Origin: Paraspadella gotoi
Lineage: Eukaryota > Animalia > Chaetognatha
Length of the DNA stretch: 64,000 nt
Assembly (NCBI GenBank): GCA_051294375.1
Contig: CM119268.1
Location: forward strand, 19,281,526 to 19,345,525
Reading direction: 5' to 3'
In this document: positions 39,801 through 54,278 of the stretch, piece by piece
How the letters are laid out: each line of letters opens with the position of its first letter
How positions within the stretch are numbered: position 1 is the stretch's first letter
Notes under the pieces: generated by a model
What the model was told of the DNA's origin: nothing
Database searches by the model: none
What the model saw: only the letters and a program-made list of their open reading frames with translations
Made by a program: the position numbers and the translations under genes

Positions 39801-40514
39801 AGTTTTTCACGTTCTATTCCTGTTGTACATTGCCAAAATGTATTATCCTCTCATCTTTTTTTTTTATACGCAATCTCAAATTTACTCCACTCTCCTTCCT
39901 TCCTTACTTTCTCCCTGTCGCTTAACATCTGACTCAATTCTGAAGCGTTTGAAATTTTTATTGCATATCAATTTTACTTTAATTATATATGATTTCTTTT
40001 AATATAATTAAAAAATTATCATACTGTGGATAATAGGGTCTTGGTGGAAATTTACTAGAGTTTCGTGCNNNNNNNNNNNNNNNNNNNNNNNNNTTTCTTT
40101 TCTTTTCTTTATATTTCCTTTTATTGTTTTTTTAAAATTTTTCTCAACTTTAAATTTCTGATTTCTTAAAAATAATAAAAACAAGTAAATCTAATTCCGA
40201 TTTTATTTATTTATATATCGAATTTTTTCGACCTCGTCACTACAATTGACGGTAACCAAAGAATGCCTGCGGTTAAGATAAAAAAAAAAAAAAAACTGCA
40301 ACCGCTTTTTTCCTTTAGCTTTAAGATAATCTCTTGTTTTTTTTTCTATTCTTTTAAAAAAAAAAAGAAAAGTGGTTCAACTAAATTGGATTCACCCTAA
40401 CGAGAAAAAAAGGCATCGAGACGAAGAAGAAAAAAAAATAAGAGAGGTTGTAAAAGTGTCTCATAAAGGCAGTTCTAAGATTGTTACTCCCACTCTGACT
40501 CTTTCTTTTCTCTC

Positions 40515-43500
40515 TCTTGCATAAGCAGCGAAGCAATGAGACTAAATAGAAGAAGAAGAGAGTGACACGGAAATGATAAGAGATGTAAAGGAGATATGCG
40601 AAAAATAAAGGTGTATAATGCGAGAAAAAAGGGAAAAGGAATGCAACAGAAGAAGAGAAAGAATGAGAAGCAAACATGAAAGGAAAGTATACTAGGGATC
40701 ATAAAACTAATAGGGTAAATAAGGTGTATAACTAAAATAGAGAGAGAGCAAAGCAAATTAAATGTTATATAAAATAGACAAAAGCTATTCATGATTGTAA
40801 CGAGAAATACACTTAAATTATACTAACTGTGTAAACAACATCAGAAATGTGTTCATTTATTTAATATGTGTTCGAGAGACTCGGTGGTGTTGAGAGTCTT
40901 CATTCAAGCATAAAGATGCACTTCAATGCAAGAACATTTTTCTCTTTATGTTAGATTTTTAAGAAGAAGAGAGAGAAAGAAGATGAGAGAGTAGAGAGAA
41001 GAGAGAGGAGAGAGAGAGAGATGAGCAGAGACAGCACGAGCAGAGAGTATGACAGAGATGAAGTGAACGATGGTAAGAGGCTACGGAATTTATCGTAGAA
41101 ACTGAGTGAAACAGTGAATTAAAGAACAATTATATTTGCTTTATCCACATAATCTGTCCAGAAGCAAAGGCATGATCTCCAAGATTATGATTTCGGATAA
41201 GTAGACTCTCTAGACAATTTCCATATGTTATTTCTGAGCACAACATTTATGCGCAACACTTCCAGAATAACAATATTTTCCTCAAATTTTATTTTTCTTT
41301 TTTCTCTATCATAATGCAACACAGGCGGCCCAATTCAGAGCCATCTTTATCGATGCCTCTGTATAATTAGTTATATGAAAAAATACGAAGTTTATTATTA
41401 AAATAATATTAAAACATATTATTTCAACTTAAAATTTGACAATTAATAAAAAATAATATCTTGTTCTAATACCTAAAAATAACTTGAATAAAGTTATTAT
41501 AGAGTATTTCGTAATATTACAAGAGTAGGCGGAATGTAAGGAAATTATTGGACTAAAAACAGGAGAGGCGAACAACGAGAGCATACATTCGTTATCTATT
41601 AGCTCTATATAGGGAATCAGAGAAGAATAAAGAGGGGAAACTAGGCACAAGAGGTAGAAAAAAAAATAAGATATAGGAAGGAAACAGGAAAGAAAAGCGA
41701 AAGTCTGCTCAAAGGAAATATGTGAGAATGTATAAAAAGGAAAAGAGAAAAGGCAATCTACCGCACATCGGTAGGACACGAGGATGAACAAAAGAAAGAC
41801 GAGATTATAGAGGCCGATCAAATCTAACATCTAGGATATAAGATGTAGAAGCTGCAGGTAGGATAACGTGACCTGCTAATTAAAATCAGATTGAAAAGGA
41901 AAAAGTAAAGGAGTAAAGGAAAGGAATAGCTAGAAAGGAAAGGAAAGGAAACGGAAAAGAAGAACGATGTTTACGAATATTAAAAATAACATACAGCATT
42001 GAAAGAGAAAACGGATTAAAATGGAAGAATTGCTTCTGAGTGTGAAAGGACTATATATAAACGCAGCTGAGCGAATGCTTCTAAAATTAAGAATCTAGAG
42101 AAAGGGAATACAGAGACAAAAGGAATAAATCAAGGAAAGCGAAAGGAAAACGGGAAAGGTAAAAGAGTTTGAAGTAGGAACAAGCCTGGCACTAATAGTT
42201 TAGGTGAAATTTGATCTTTAGCGCCAATCCAAAATCATCAATCGAGAAATGAGACCGAATTGAATATGTTAATAAAAAAGAAGAAGAAGGAAAAAGAATA
42301 GGAAAACAAAAGAAAAGAAGACAAACATGCTAAAAAAATAAGCTAACCTAATATAAAATCACAAAATCATTAAAGTACTCAAACATATGTGGTTAAACTT
42401 GTTTGATTAATTACCATTATGAGAGAGACTGTGGAGTAGCCATCAAGTGAACAAGGAAAGGAATAAGAAAGCAAAAGAAAATATGAAGCGAATGACCTCC
42501 CGTTAAGTCAAAATGCACATCTGAGAGAAAGGAAAGGAAAAGGGAAAAGGACAATAGGAAAGAGAATACGGATAACAAATCAGTACAACAAAAGGACAAA
42601 AGTGCCACAAGGTTTTAATATGTGGTATTAAACCAAGGTATTTTATTTAATTTGAATTCTCTTGTATTTATTATATGTGTTTCATTAAGTGTTTTCAATC
42701 TTTATTATTACGGCAAATAATTTGTGGATTGGATTATTAATTTGTTGTAAATACAAGCAGGAGCGGCAGATGTCTCAAGTTCTAATGAAAATCAGCGGAT
42801 GGATAATACTTGTACCTGCGCTGAAAGGTCGATGACGGGAGATATTGGATAGTTCACACAGAGTGAACTCACATTAATTAATAACGAGGAAATACTAAAT
42901 TACTCTGTAAGAGTCAACAATGCTGCGTAATGTTGGCCCTTCTTTATTTTTTTTTTTTTTTTTTTTTTATTATAATTTTTATAATCTTGTTATGTATAAT
43001 CTTTTTATTAATCACACTTATTCTCTTTTTTTTGTTGTTATTCTGTTAAATCATTTTTTATTTCTATAATTTATGTTATTTTATTTGTGCGTGTTGCTGA
43101 AATTATTTTGTAAATATAGGTGATGTATTCGTTTATCTAAGGAAAATTTTAATACAACAATAATAGGCTAGTTCGAAAAAAATACGCGCCCGAAGTCCAC
43201 TTTAAAAAAAGAAAAAGAGATATTTATTTATTAGTGTATTTTTTCTATAATTTCGTGTATGTTGATATATCGTAGCGAGGATATAATATTATTAATATAT
43301 TTATGCATAGTTGCCGGGAGATACAGACATAAGTATTTCCTCGATCCTCGGAAATACATCAGTAAAGGGAAGTGGCATCTTATCACTGAACAAATTGAAA
43401 TGCACACAACGAGACTGTGACGAGAATCTCGCTATTTTGGAGAGGAAAAACGCTTACAGGGTACCGCCTTCGGCCGTATGTATTATCCATGTAAAGAGTG

Positions 43501-44015
43501 AATGGAGGCTTAAAACACCCGCAAACCAACAGACCTTGTTCTCTAAAGTCAGTGTCGGGCAATAGATAGCTTATTTTATGTAAATCAAGGATAATTTGTT
43601 AATAATTGGTTGTACCATAATTAAATTCATAATAGGGAGTTATATGTATTTGTTATATGACGCAAAGCTATCCCAGATTATGATATGCATTTATGACACA
43701 CTACATCTGCATAAATATCAGCTAAGCTTTTTATTTAAATAATTAACCCAGCTAGTCCAGCTTCTTACTTTCTTTAGTTACTGCTGCTCATCATGCGCAA
43801 ATGAGAGATATTCATAAGAAAATTTTGGGCGCCAAAAACAGCTTTAAGATAAATCTTATTTAACTATAAAAAAAAAGTTATTGCCTCACTAACCCAGAGA
43901 GCCAAAAATATCTCAGCATTGAAATTGTCTTTGTTTCATGTTTCACCTATTCTATAGATTTTCATGTTTCTGGATCTGGGTCTTCGATTTATCATTTCTC
44001 TAACACTGTCTCACA
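40515..44015. other. Insertion-rich copy of 28215-30474 (raw long-read-like)
   Basis: The same landmarks occur in the same order (hammerhead repeat, AG run, GGAAA array, 250-bp repeat), inflated by scattered insertions. Confidence 0.85.
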
Positions 44016-44118
44016 ATTTCGGGTCTGGGCGGTAATAGAAGATAAGAGCGCTCTTCTCTCTCTCTCTCTCTGCTCTTCCATCTCTCTATCTCTCCTCTCT
44101 CTCAGTCTCTCGTCTCTC

Positions 44119-44149
<31 letters not shown>

Positions 44150-47100
44150 TCTCTCATCTCTTCCTCTTCTCGTCTTTCCTCCTCCGTCCCATGTTCTGTT
44201 TTTTCTTACTTTGTTGATTTCGAAGGTGTAGAAATCAGAGCAGTAATGGACATCTTCCATTGGCTTTGAATGGTGATATACTTTTTATTTCTTTGTTCTT
44301 CCTTTCTTCATCTTAATTTTTTCGTCGTACTCTCTTTTCTTTTCCTTCTCTCTTTTCCTTTCTTTCTTTCTTTCTTTCTTTCTTCTTCTTTGCTTTCTTT
44401 CCTTTTCGTTTTCTTTTCTTCTCTCTTCCTGTTTATTGAGAGCTTCTGTTTCTCATCCCTTATATATGGTTCTTTCTTTTATAGTAATGATTAGAAATTT
44501 CTTCCAAGAATATAGTCTTTAAATTTTGTAAAAGAAAAGCCTTTTTTTAGAACTTCCTGATTTCCTGTCTACACATACACTGAAAGAAAACCTCAGAGTC
44601 AGAATCTAATTCCGATTTATTTATATCTCAAGGTAGGTCTGATTAATGCGAAATTTTTGCACGGAGACCCTGTCCGCGAATCACTACAATTGACCGTAAC
44701 ACCCAAAATGAAATGAGAAGACCTTTGCCAGGATTACAAGAAAATACAACTATATTATATATAAAGAAAACTGCATACCATGAGGTATTTATTTTAGCCT
44801 TTTCTTTTTCAGTAATCGTTGCTTTTTTTTCCTTAATTATAGCATCTATTATATATAAAGCGATATTAACATAATCTCCTTGAAATTGTTTATATTTACT
44901 ATTTTTCTCTAATTACTTTTGCATAAATATAAAGCTTTTTAGAGAGAATAAGTGGTCTTACATATACTTAAAATTGAGTTCAACCCCTAATTTCTTGAAA
45001 AAAACATGAAAAAAATGCCAGCTATCGGATCAACAACAAGAAAAAAAAAAATAAGAGAAAGAGTATTTATTAGGTTAATTAAAAGGGCTGTTGTAGCCTC
45101 ATAAAGCGCTAGCAGGGGTCTGATTACGAACCGGAGAGGATTGGTTACTCTAAAATCTTCTAAAAAGCTTGTTCTTGTTTTTTTTTTTTCAAATTATTCG
45201 TGTCAATACAAGAACTCGATAATTATTTCTAATTTTTTTAAGTGTGATTAACGCATATTTGTAATCACTGATAGAGTAATATTTCGAAGGAAAAATTCTT
45301 AAATGGTCTCTTTTAAAGTTAGTATTAAACGCTATAGTTAATTTAATTTTTTTTTATAAATTAATAGGCATGTAAAACTATTCGACTGACTTTATCCTTC
45401 TAAAAACTTAAGTTTTTTTAAAAGATTCACTACCTTAAAAACAAACGTGCAAACTTCATACATAAAATTTTTCGTTCTTTTACATCTCCATCATAATTTT
45501 GCAGAAAATGTTTTTATTTGCCTTCAGTCTCCTTCTCAAGGTCCCGACAAATTTGTTTTTTAAATGATAAAGACACGCAGCCACATGTTTCCGGCTTTAT
45601 GCCATTCCATACGCCTCATTCTCCTTTTTCTAGTCTTAGCGCTCTCTCATCCTAACATCATTGACGACCAAATAGCCTGTACGAAAACGATTATCATTAT
45701 AATCCATATTTATTGATACTGACATTTGTTAACACACAAAGATATATCATTATGTCAAATGATACCTTCCCACATTATCTCCAGATTTTTGGCAACATCC
45801 ATTACGCACTAGAAATATAATTTTTTATTCAATCAACTGGCTAATCTTCTTTCAGCAATAATTCAGAGGCTTAAGTGTGTATCCTACGTGTTTTAGCACA
45901 GGTTTTAACATGCTTGAGGTAATTTGTAATTTAGGTTGTCTACATAAGTAAAGGGAACCTCCATCTTTACCGATCAACAAGGCTTGTTGGTTACGTGCAT
46001 ATCCCCCAACCTTCGGAAAGTTAACAGATGGGAAAAGTTTTATGGGCGACATGATAGCTTCAAAAGGTATCATCTCGCTTGGCCCTCCTTTGGATACTCA
46101 CAGCGGAGCGTTATGGCTAGGGGAACGGACCTCTACGTGTGGATGCTAGGATAGAAATTTCTTTATATCTTTTCTAATCCTAAAATTTTCAATTCCTAGA
46201 CCTTTAGTCAAAAACTTTTCTTCTTCATTAAATAAAATATTTGCTTAACATACTTCATTCTCGTTTGATCTCCGCTTTACACTTTTTTCGTTTGTATTTT
46301 TCGATCGAAATTTTGCCAAAAGCATCAAATTAATATTCAGAGAATCTCTTGCCATTAAACGACACTGACAAAAATCAATTTGGTTACAAACTTTTATTCA
46401 GTAATTTTCTTCTCTTTCTTATTAACATTCAAAATTTTTTTATTATAAAATTCTATTATAATGTGCTAATTATTAAACGAGAAGTTCAAACCACCAAGTG
46501 TTAATAATCTTTCGGCTAAAGTTAAATTAATTAACAACTTGATACCTAATATTTATTATTATTAATAAAAAATAGATAATTTAATAGGAATTTATCGAAA
46601 ATTAATTTTCCAATACACACAATGAATCTAGTACTATAATCAGGATTAGTTATTCTTTCAAAATTAAATGTTTTACTAAATGATATACTTTCCGTATTTT
46701 CGCCTAACGTGTCTCTGCATTGTTAGATTTCTAGTTGAGAAAACACAACATTTATTACAACAGTTTATTACTGAAAACAGTAAAAACACCTCTAATATAT
46801 GTCTTTTTCACAAACTTATTGTATACTCTTAAAGATCACCAATTATTTTTATTAAATAAGACAAAGTTATTTGTATACACCAGTTACACCAAAATACCTA
46901 TTACATCTAATATTCCCGTAATCACAATCAATTTATACTCCAGTACTACTATCTTATATTTCATAAAATTATAATTTTTTAAATTACAAATTATATCTTA
47001 TATATTACTAAATTATAATATTTTCTTATATAGTATATTCTACGTAAACATTTTTTAATAGTAATATCCGAATTATTATTTTCTAATTTTAAAGTTTTTA

Positions 47101-48352
47101 ATTATTCCTTTAACTAATTATATTTTATGTGATTCAAAATTTTACAAATTAATACCTTGGCTATTGGATCCTACAGAAGTTCTTTCTAACGGGTTCTCTC
47201 TCCAGTTTTAAAAAAACACATTATTAAAATTAATTGATTAACTTTAATAGGAGCTGTTGGTACGTCTCGCCACTCATCAGATTCATATTAAAGCATATGC
47301 AATATACTTTCCCATTACCATCAATTAAACTAAATTAAGTTATCACTTTAAAAAATTAACCTAAACCTTATACATTTCTTTACATTATTCATAACAGAAA
47401 AAAAATCTATATTAATTATCATTTATCTTCAGCTTCTATCATCGAATCAACACCTCCTTCGAGCCTTAAGCGCTAACAAAACTCTTCAATCTATTCTTTA
47501 GTGGAATGGTGTTTTTCAAACATTTTATATAGCCATAAATTAAATCATTATCCTATCGCGCCGCTGAGTCAATCATCTAACTTGATTTCTCCAAATCACA
47601 GATTATTATACTCTTCATACAAAAGCACATATTCATCCCTGGACAATAGTCCGGCTAAAAAACTAAAAAAATGGTGATCATTTCAGTATTTTGACCATCT
47701 CTCAACTCACCAATCCCGGCTGCCGTGCGCCGTCCAAACAAATTTTTCTTTTTGTTAAAATGTGATACCAAACTGCTTTTCTAGTTTAAAACATGTAGCT
47801 GAAAAATCGCAACTAGATGACACCTCCATGACCTCGCACACTGTGTTGTAGTCCGTAATATAATTATCGGATCTTTTGCCTCTGCAGGAGTTCACAGGAA
47901 TGGTGTGTCACTAACTTTCATTGTTATCCTCCTTTTAATTCGGATTCGTGATTATTTTGGTTACTTTTTAAATGCTCCTAAGTACACTCGGTCACACCCT
48001 CCATCAAAGTATCCGTCTTCCTCAATCCTCATTCTCTTTCAACCTCCAACTTTTAACCTTCTATATCCCATTCCATCTTAAACCTCAACCTTATGCCTTC
48101 CCCCTCTCACTCACATCATTCGTTACCGCCAACTCTCAATAACTGCATTTCTTTTTCAGATCTCAATGCTCATCCTCCTCTCTCCTCTACAACTTCTTCT
48201 TTTCGCTCTCTTTATCTATCTCCTCCCTTCTTCTCTCTCTACTCTTTTTTCTTATTCTCTCTATTTCTGGCTCTGGCGCGTTTGGGAAGAGAAGCAAATC
48301 TGACTGCACTGGCTGGCGAGTATCTCTCAGTCTTTTTGGTCATAGTAGACAA
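44016..48352. repeat. Second copy of the 4.3-kb block
   Basis: See 30475-34811. Similarity continues with indels (48353-50560 vs 34812-37830). Confidence 0.95.
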
Positions 48353-48374
48353 TGTTTGCGTAGAAGAATAGAAA

Positions 48375-48431
<57 letters not shown>

Positions 48432-49395
48432 ATAGGTGAGAGAGAGATGAGAGAGAGAGAGCGAGAGAGAGAGAGAGGAGAAGAGGTAGANNNNNNNNNN
48501 NNNNNNNNNNNNNNNGAGAGAGAGAGAGAGTGAGAAGGAGAAGGAGAAAGAAAGGGAGCGAGATTGCTCATGATTTAAACATTACCGTAAATATTACAGG
48601 ATAAAGAAGGAAGTTAAATAGATGAACAAAATAATATGATTAAAAAAGAAATCAGGGTACAATAACGGAATTTTTATTTTCTTCCACAGTAGATTTCAGC
48701 ATAAATATGTAACAATGAAATCATTTTCAAAGACTTTAGCCGGCATTTTCAGGGCATAACTTGAAAAGTCAGCTGAATTTGAAATGTGGTGCCCTTTTAA
48801 AAGTATGATCCGTTTTTTCTCTGTCCTTTGTGGACGACATTAAAATAATGATTATTGTATATGAAGGAAATGAACAGCGCACTTATAACTTACGACTCGA
48901 CGACAACCTTACGGAAAAGTAAGTCGCCGTAGAGAATCGATATCTCTAAGATAATCCTCTATGCGCGACAACAAATAAAAAAAGACTTATCGCTCTCTAG
49001 TCTCTATAATAGACTGTCTCTTCTATAGTCTTAATTCAGTCGAGGTTTGACCTGAAAGTATAAGACCATTTTGATATCTCTTTCTTTCTCTCCATCTGAC
49101 CACAGATATTATTTAAAAAAAGTTAATTAAAAAAGATAAATACGTATTCTTTAATACAGTTTTACTAAGATGTGCCTGAACTGCCTAAACTATTGTGTAA
49201 AATTTAAGCATTTAAACTATTTTATTGAAAATTATAAAAATATATTTGAGATCGGCTTTGTTTCTCTGTGAACCATAAATAGCAAGGATTCGATGATAAC
49301 TCAAAAACTATTTAAAATCAAGTAGCCTTAGAAATGTAGCGTGTCGCGATGTATTATTTTCTTTTCTCTCTCAAATCATCTCGATCTTAATCGAT

Positions 49396-49472
<77 letters not shown>

Positions 49473-50188
49473 CGATCTCCGTCGATAATCGTCTCAATCC
49501 ACAATTCCTTCCGACTCCNNNNNNNNNNNNNNNNNNNNNNNNNNNNNNNNNNNNNNNNNNNNNNNNNNNNNNNNNNNNNNNNNNNNNNNNNNNNNNNNNN
49601 NNNNNNNNNNNNNNNNNNNNNNNNNNNNNNNNNNNNNNNNNNNNNNNNNNNNNNNNNNNNNNNNNNNNNNNNNNNNNNNNNNNNNNNNNNNNNNNNNNNN
49701 NNNNNNNNNNNNNNNNNNNNNNNNNNNNNNNNNNNNNNNNNNNNNNNNNNNNNNNNNNNNNNNNNNNNNNNNNNNNNNNNNNNNNNNNNNNNNNNNNNNN
49801 NNNNNNNNNNNNNNNNNNNNNNNNNNNNNNNNNNNNNNNNNNNNNNNNNNNNNNNNNNNNNNNNNNNNNNNNNNNNNNNNNNNNNNNNNNNNNNNNNNNN
49901 NNNNNNNNNNNNNNNNNNNNNNNNNNNNNNNNNNNNNNNNNNNNNNNNNNNNNNNNNNNNNNNNNNNNNNNNNNNNNNNNNNNNNNNNNNNNNNNNNNNN
50001 NNNNNNNNNNNNNNNNNNNNNNNNNNNNNNNNNNNNNNNNNNNNNNNNNNNNNNNNNNNNNNNNNNNNNNNNNNNNNNNNNNNNNNNNNNNNNNNNNNNN
50101 NNNNNNNNNNNNNNNNNNNNNNNNNNNNNNNNNNNNNNNNNNNNNNNNNNNNNNNNNNNNNNNNNNNNNNNNNNNNNNNNNNNNNNNN

Positions 50189-50227
<39 letters not shown>

Positions 50228-50568
50228 TGAGAACGAGATTTTAGCTGATTCTCCAAAGGAAAATCATTTTTTTTTCCGAGTCCCTGGCCTCTTACTGAGT
50301 TCTGACTGTCGTTGTCCTTGTTTACGTTCACGTCATTGTATTTTTTCAGGAAAATATAATGATGGGCAAAAAGCTTCTTTTTTTTCTGAAAACTTGAGTA
50401 AAGATCCTCAAATCCCATAATTTTCTTTGTAACCTTTAATCCGATTTTACCAAGTTGACCTCAGAGATTTTTATGTGGCTTTTTCGTTGGCGTGTGAATC
50501 TCACCATGATAATCCCGGTGGCTGGTTTTGCCAACGATCTGCGAGGCTTTGAGATGCTTACGTTTGTA

Positions 50569-50988
50569 CACTAAGGCGGGCCAAAATTGATCAGTTTTTA
50601 TCATGAGGAGTTCTGTAATATAAAATTTATTTGTCCATCATATACTTAATCAATATTTACAATTACTTTTTTAACTAGTGAAGCACAGAATAACATTGAA
50701 GCCTTTAAATATTTATTAATACATTGGCAATGAAAAAAAAAATGGAAATCTTGTAATAATATTTTTATTTCTTTTTTAAAGCTCTACCCGAATCCGTTTT
50801 TAAAATTTTTAAATTAGAAAAAAAAATGCTAGTATATTTATTTATTTTTTACGATAATCTTTAAATGCTTTGATGTTATTAACTATACATAAAATCTTAA
50901 TATTTTTTTAATTTAGTTATCCCACAGGGATGCTTTAACGTTATTTTTATTACAGAACTCTTAGTTTTTACCTTGTTCCGCCTTATTA
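50569..50988. mobile_element. MITE, copy 2, with possible TA TSD
   Basis: TA|CACTAAGGCGGG ... TCCGCCTTATTA|TA, with an inner inverted GAGTTCTGTAATA / TATTACAGAACTC. Confidence 0.7.
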
Positions 50989-51210
50989 TACACGTTTCAA
51001 AAGTTATAATGTAATACTTATATTCTTATAAAACATTATTAGTTATAAACTTTATTTTTTGAAATTAAATTCTTCTGAATAAAAAATTAAAAAAATAGAA
51101 AAATACATTTTTTTTCTCCCACAACCGTATTTCTCGAAATAATCCGCTCAAACTAAGTCTCAGTGAATTAGTCCGGAAGTAATAAAGGACTTCTCTGGCT
51201 TTCTATGCAC

Positions 51211-51242
<32 letters not shown>

Positions 51243-51418
51243 CTCCCCTCCTGCTTCATCCCTATCCTCACTCTCTCTTCACTCGCTCACGTCATCGCTT
51301 CTTCTTTTTTTTTCCCTTTTCTTTCTTATTAGGACATAACCGTTTGTCGTTGATTGGAAGTAAACCGCCCTGACGTGGTTGATCGTTATTCGCCAAGGAG
51401 GAAAGGAAAGAAAGAAAG

Positions 51419-51481
<63 letters not shown>

Positions 51482-51512
51482 GGAGAAGAAAATAAAGAAA
51501 GAAAGAAAAAAG

Positions 51513-52526
51513 AATGTCGGAACTGCCTACTAAAATTAAGCGGTAATCAGCTAATCAGATGATAAATCACAATATTTTTTTACATTTTTTTGAACTCGCA
51601 TCATTTTTTCCACTCACATAATTTTTTCAACTCACATAATTTTTTCAATTTGCATCATTTTTACAATTTTCAAGACTCCAAGACTCTGATCCTTGACTCC
51701 GGGGATGAAGAGGAGGGGACAGCAAAAGAAGGAGGAGGAGACGTTGAGAGGGGGGAGGAAAGATCCGGAGAGGGGGAGAAAGGCCCTGGTGATAGGGTGA
51801 GCCTTTATCTTGGCATCATTTTTTCAACTCACATCATTTTTTCAATTTGCATCATTTTTTCAACTTGAATAATTTTTTCAACTTGCATAATTTTTTCAAC
51901 TTGCATAATTTTTTTAAATTGTATCATTTTTTCACATTAATTAAATAATTAATTAAAACAGTTATTAGTAATCATAAATAATGAAGATTTAAGTAAATGT
52001 GATTTATGTTTTTTCCATTTAAACTCATTTCCACTGGCCCAATTCCGTCATAACTTTATATCTTGCTTCTTCACACACTTTTCGACCCGCACACAAAATT
52101 TCATCTTAATCTATTAATTCAATTATGATTAATTCGAGTATTTATGGGTTAAAATAAGTAAAACGATTTTAGTAAATGCGATTTATGTATTTTCCATTTA
52201 AATTCATTTCCACTCGCACGATTCCATCGAAACTGTATATCCAGCTTCAGTACACACTTTCCTACCCAGACACAAAAAATCATTCCAATCCAACCACCCA
52301 ATCACGAGTTATTGGAGCTTTTTACTAATGTGGGATGGACGGACGGACGGACGGACGGATGGACGGACGGACGGACGGACGGACGGACGGACGGACGGAC
52401 GGACGGACGGACAATAATTTATAATTTATCATAATTCAATGTTCTGACATGATGTAAGTGAATGCCCGACAAGATTGTGGGGGCGGAGAGACGGACCTAC
52501 AAAGTGAATTATAGAGTCGGATCTGC
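51513..52526 (-). mobile_element. HINE copy
   Basis: Degenerate 3' subTIR at 51516, 18-bp array, two central repeats, long (GGAC)n, and a 5' region fused to the next copy. Confidence 0.85.
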
Positions 52527-53360
52527 TCATGATCATTATCGGTAATTAATTAATTAATAATTAATTAATAATTAATTCAAGTCAATTAATTATTAATTAT
52601 TTTATTCAGGTTAATTATTTAATTAATTAGGCAATTAATTAATTTGATCAGAAATGTTTGTTTTGATTGATTAATTGACTGATTAATTAATTATTGATTA
52701 ATTAATTGACTAATTGATTAATTAACTGAATAATTTTTTGATTAATTATTACATCTTGCATTTACATTTAAAATAAAAAGAAAAAGAAGCATAATCAATT
52801 AGTGAAATAGGTTTTTTTTTATCCATTTCCACTCGAACGATTCCATCGAATCTTGATTTCCAGTTTAATCACACACTTTTCTACCCAAATATAAAATTTC
52901 AAGTCATTCGCCCCATCCACTCATGAGTAATTGGTGTTCAAATAGTAAAATATATTTTTTTATTTTTTCTATTTAAACTCATTTCCACTTGGACGATTCC
53001 ATCGAAACTTTATATACAGCTGAATCACACACTTCCCTACCCACACACAATATTTCATTCCAATCCATCCATACAATCACGAGTAATTGGTGTTTTTTGC
53101 TAAGGTGGGACGGACGGACGGATGGACGGACGGACGGATGGGCGGGCGGGCGGACGGACGGACGGACGGACGGACTTTCGGACGGACTGACTGACAGATG
53201 GACGGACGGACGGACATCGTTTTTTTTTTGCATAATTTATCATAATTCGATGTTCTGACATGATATAATTGAGTGCCCGACAATATTGAGGGGGCGGACC
53301 GACGGACCGACAAAGTGAATTATATAGTCGGGATCTGCTGAAAGCAGATCCGACTAAAAA
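52516..53360 (-). mobile_element. HINE copy
   Basis: Central repeats, (GGAC)n and an intact 5' end AGTCGGGATCTGCTGAAAGCAGATCCGACTAAAAA. Confidence 0.85.
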
Positions 53361-53447
53361 TAAGCAACGAAGGAAAAACAAGCCACAAAAAAGTTCGAAG
53401 CTTTGAATAAGAGTTTGATTAAGAAATGACTTTTTTTTTCCTTCCAG

Positions 53448-54031
53448 GCACACGTCGCTCGCGCACCTTAGTCGCGTGTTCTGTGTAATTCTGTGTACTT
53501 AATTTGAAATAACATAGAGATAGATAGATAGATAGATAGAGAGAGAGACGAGAGAGGAGAGAGAAGAGAGAGAGAGAGAGAAAAATATATTGAAATATTG
53601 AAAGCAAAAGTGAGGCTTGAGGCCAGTGTTTACACTTGCCTTTTAAAAGCTACGTTTTTGAGAAATTATTACTCATTTCATATAATAACAAGAACTGATG
53701 TATTCTACTATTCTTCTAGTTTACAGATTGTTTGCGCTCTTTCTAATCTTTCTATTAAGTAATGAGAGAGAGAGAGAGAGAGACGAGAGAGAGGAGCAGA
53801 CAGACGAGAATGAAATGAATCAACGAGAGCAGAGAGAGAGTGAGAAAGAAAGAGAGAGATAGAGGCAAAGATAGAAATATAAGAAAAAAACGTAAACAAG
53901 AAATAAAAAATTGTCTGGAACGCTCTTTCCATTCATCGCAACTCGTTGAGAACAAATTCATCTAGAAAGACGTCGCCAGCGTACTCGCTAAACATGCGAA
54001 CACGCGACTAAGGTGCGCGAGCGACGTGTGC
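53448..54031. repeat. Perfect 34-bp inverted repeat (53448-53481 / 53998-54031)
   Basis: GCACACGTCGCTCGCGCACCTTAGTCGCGTGTTC and its exact reverse complement, 516 bp apart. Confidence 0.95.
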
Positions 54032-54203
54032 GCGCGTTTAAACTGTCAAATTTTGGAATCCGTGCCAAAATTTCACCAAGTAAAATTTTTTTTGGGTTTT
54101 TTGCTCCAACTTTTTTGAAGGAGTTTTTCAAATGCCGAGACCTATTTTCCAAAATTGTCCTTTTATTTCGATTTTCTACCAACCCTTCAATTCTAATTTT
54201 CAA

Positions 54204-54278
<75 letters not shown>

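Noticed and set aside
51345-51395. UPRE/ERSE-like promoter (TGACGTGG, ATTGG)
   Set aside because: Short motifs, an imperfect ERSE and no linked gene.
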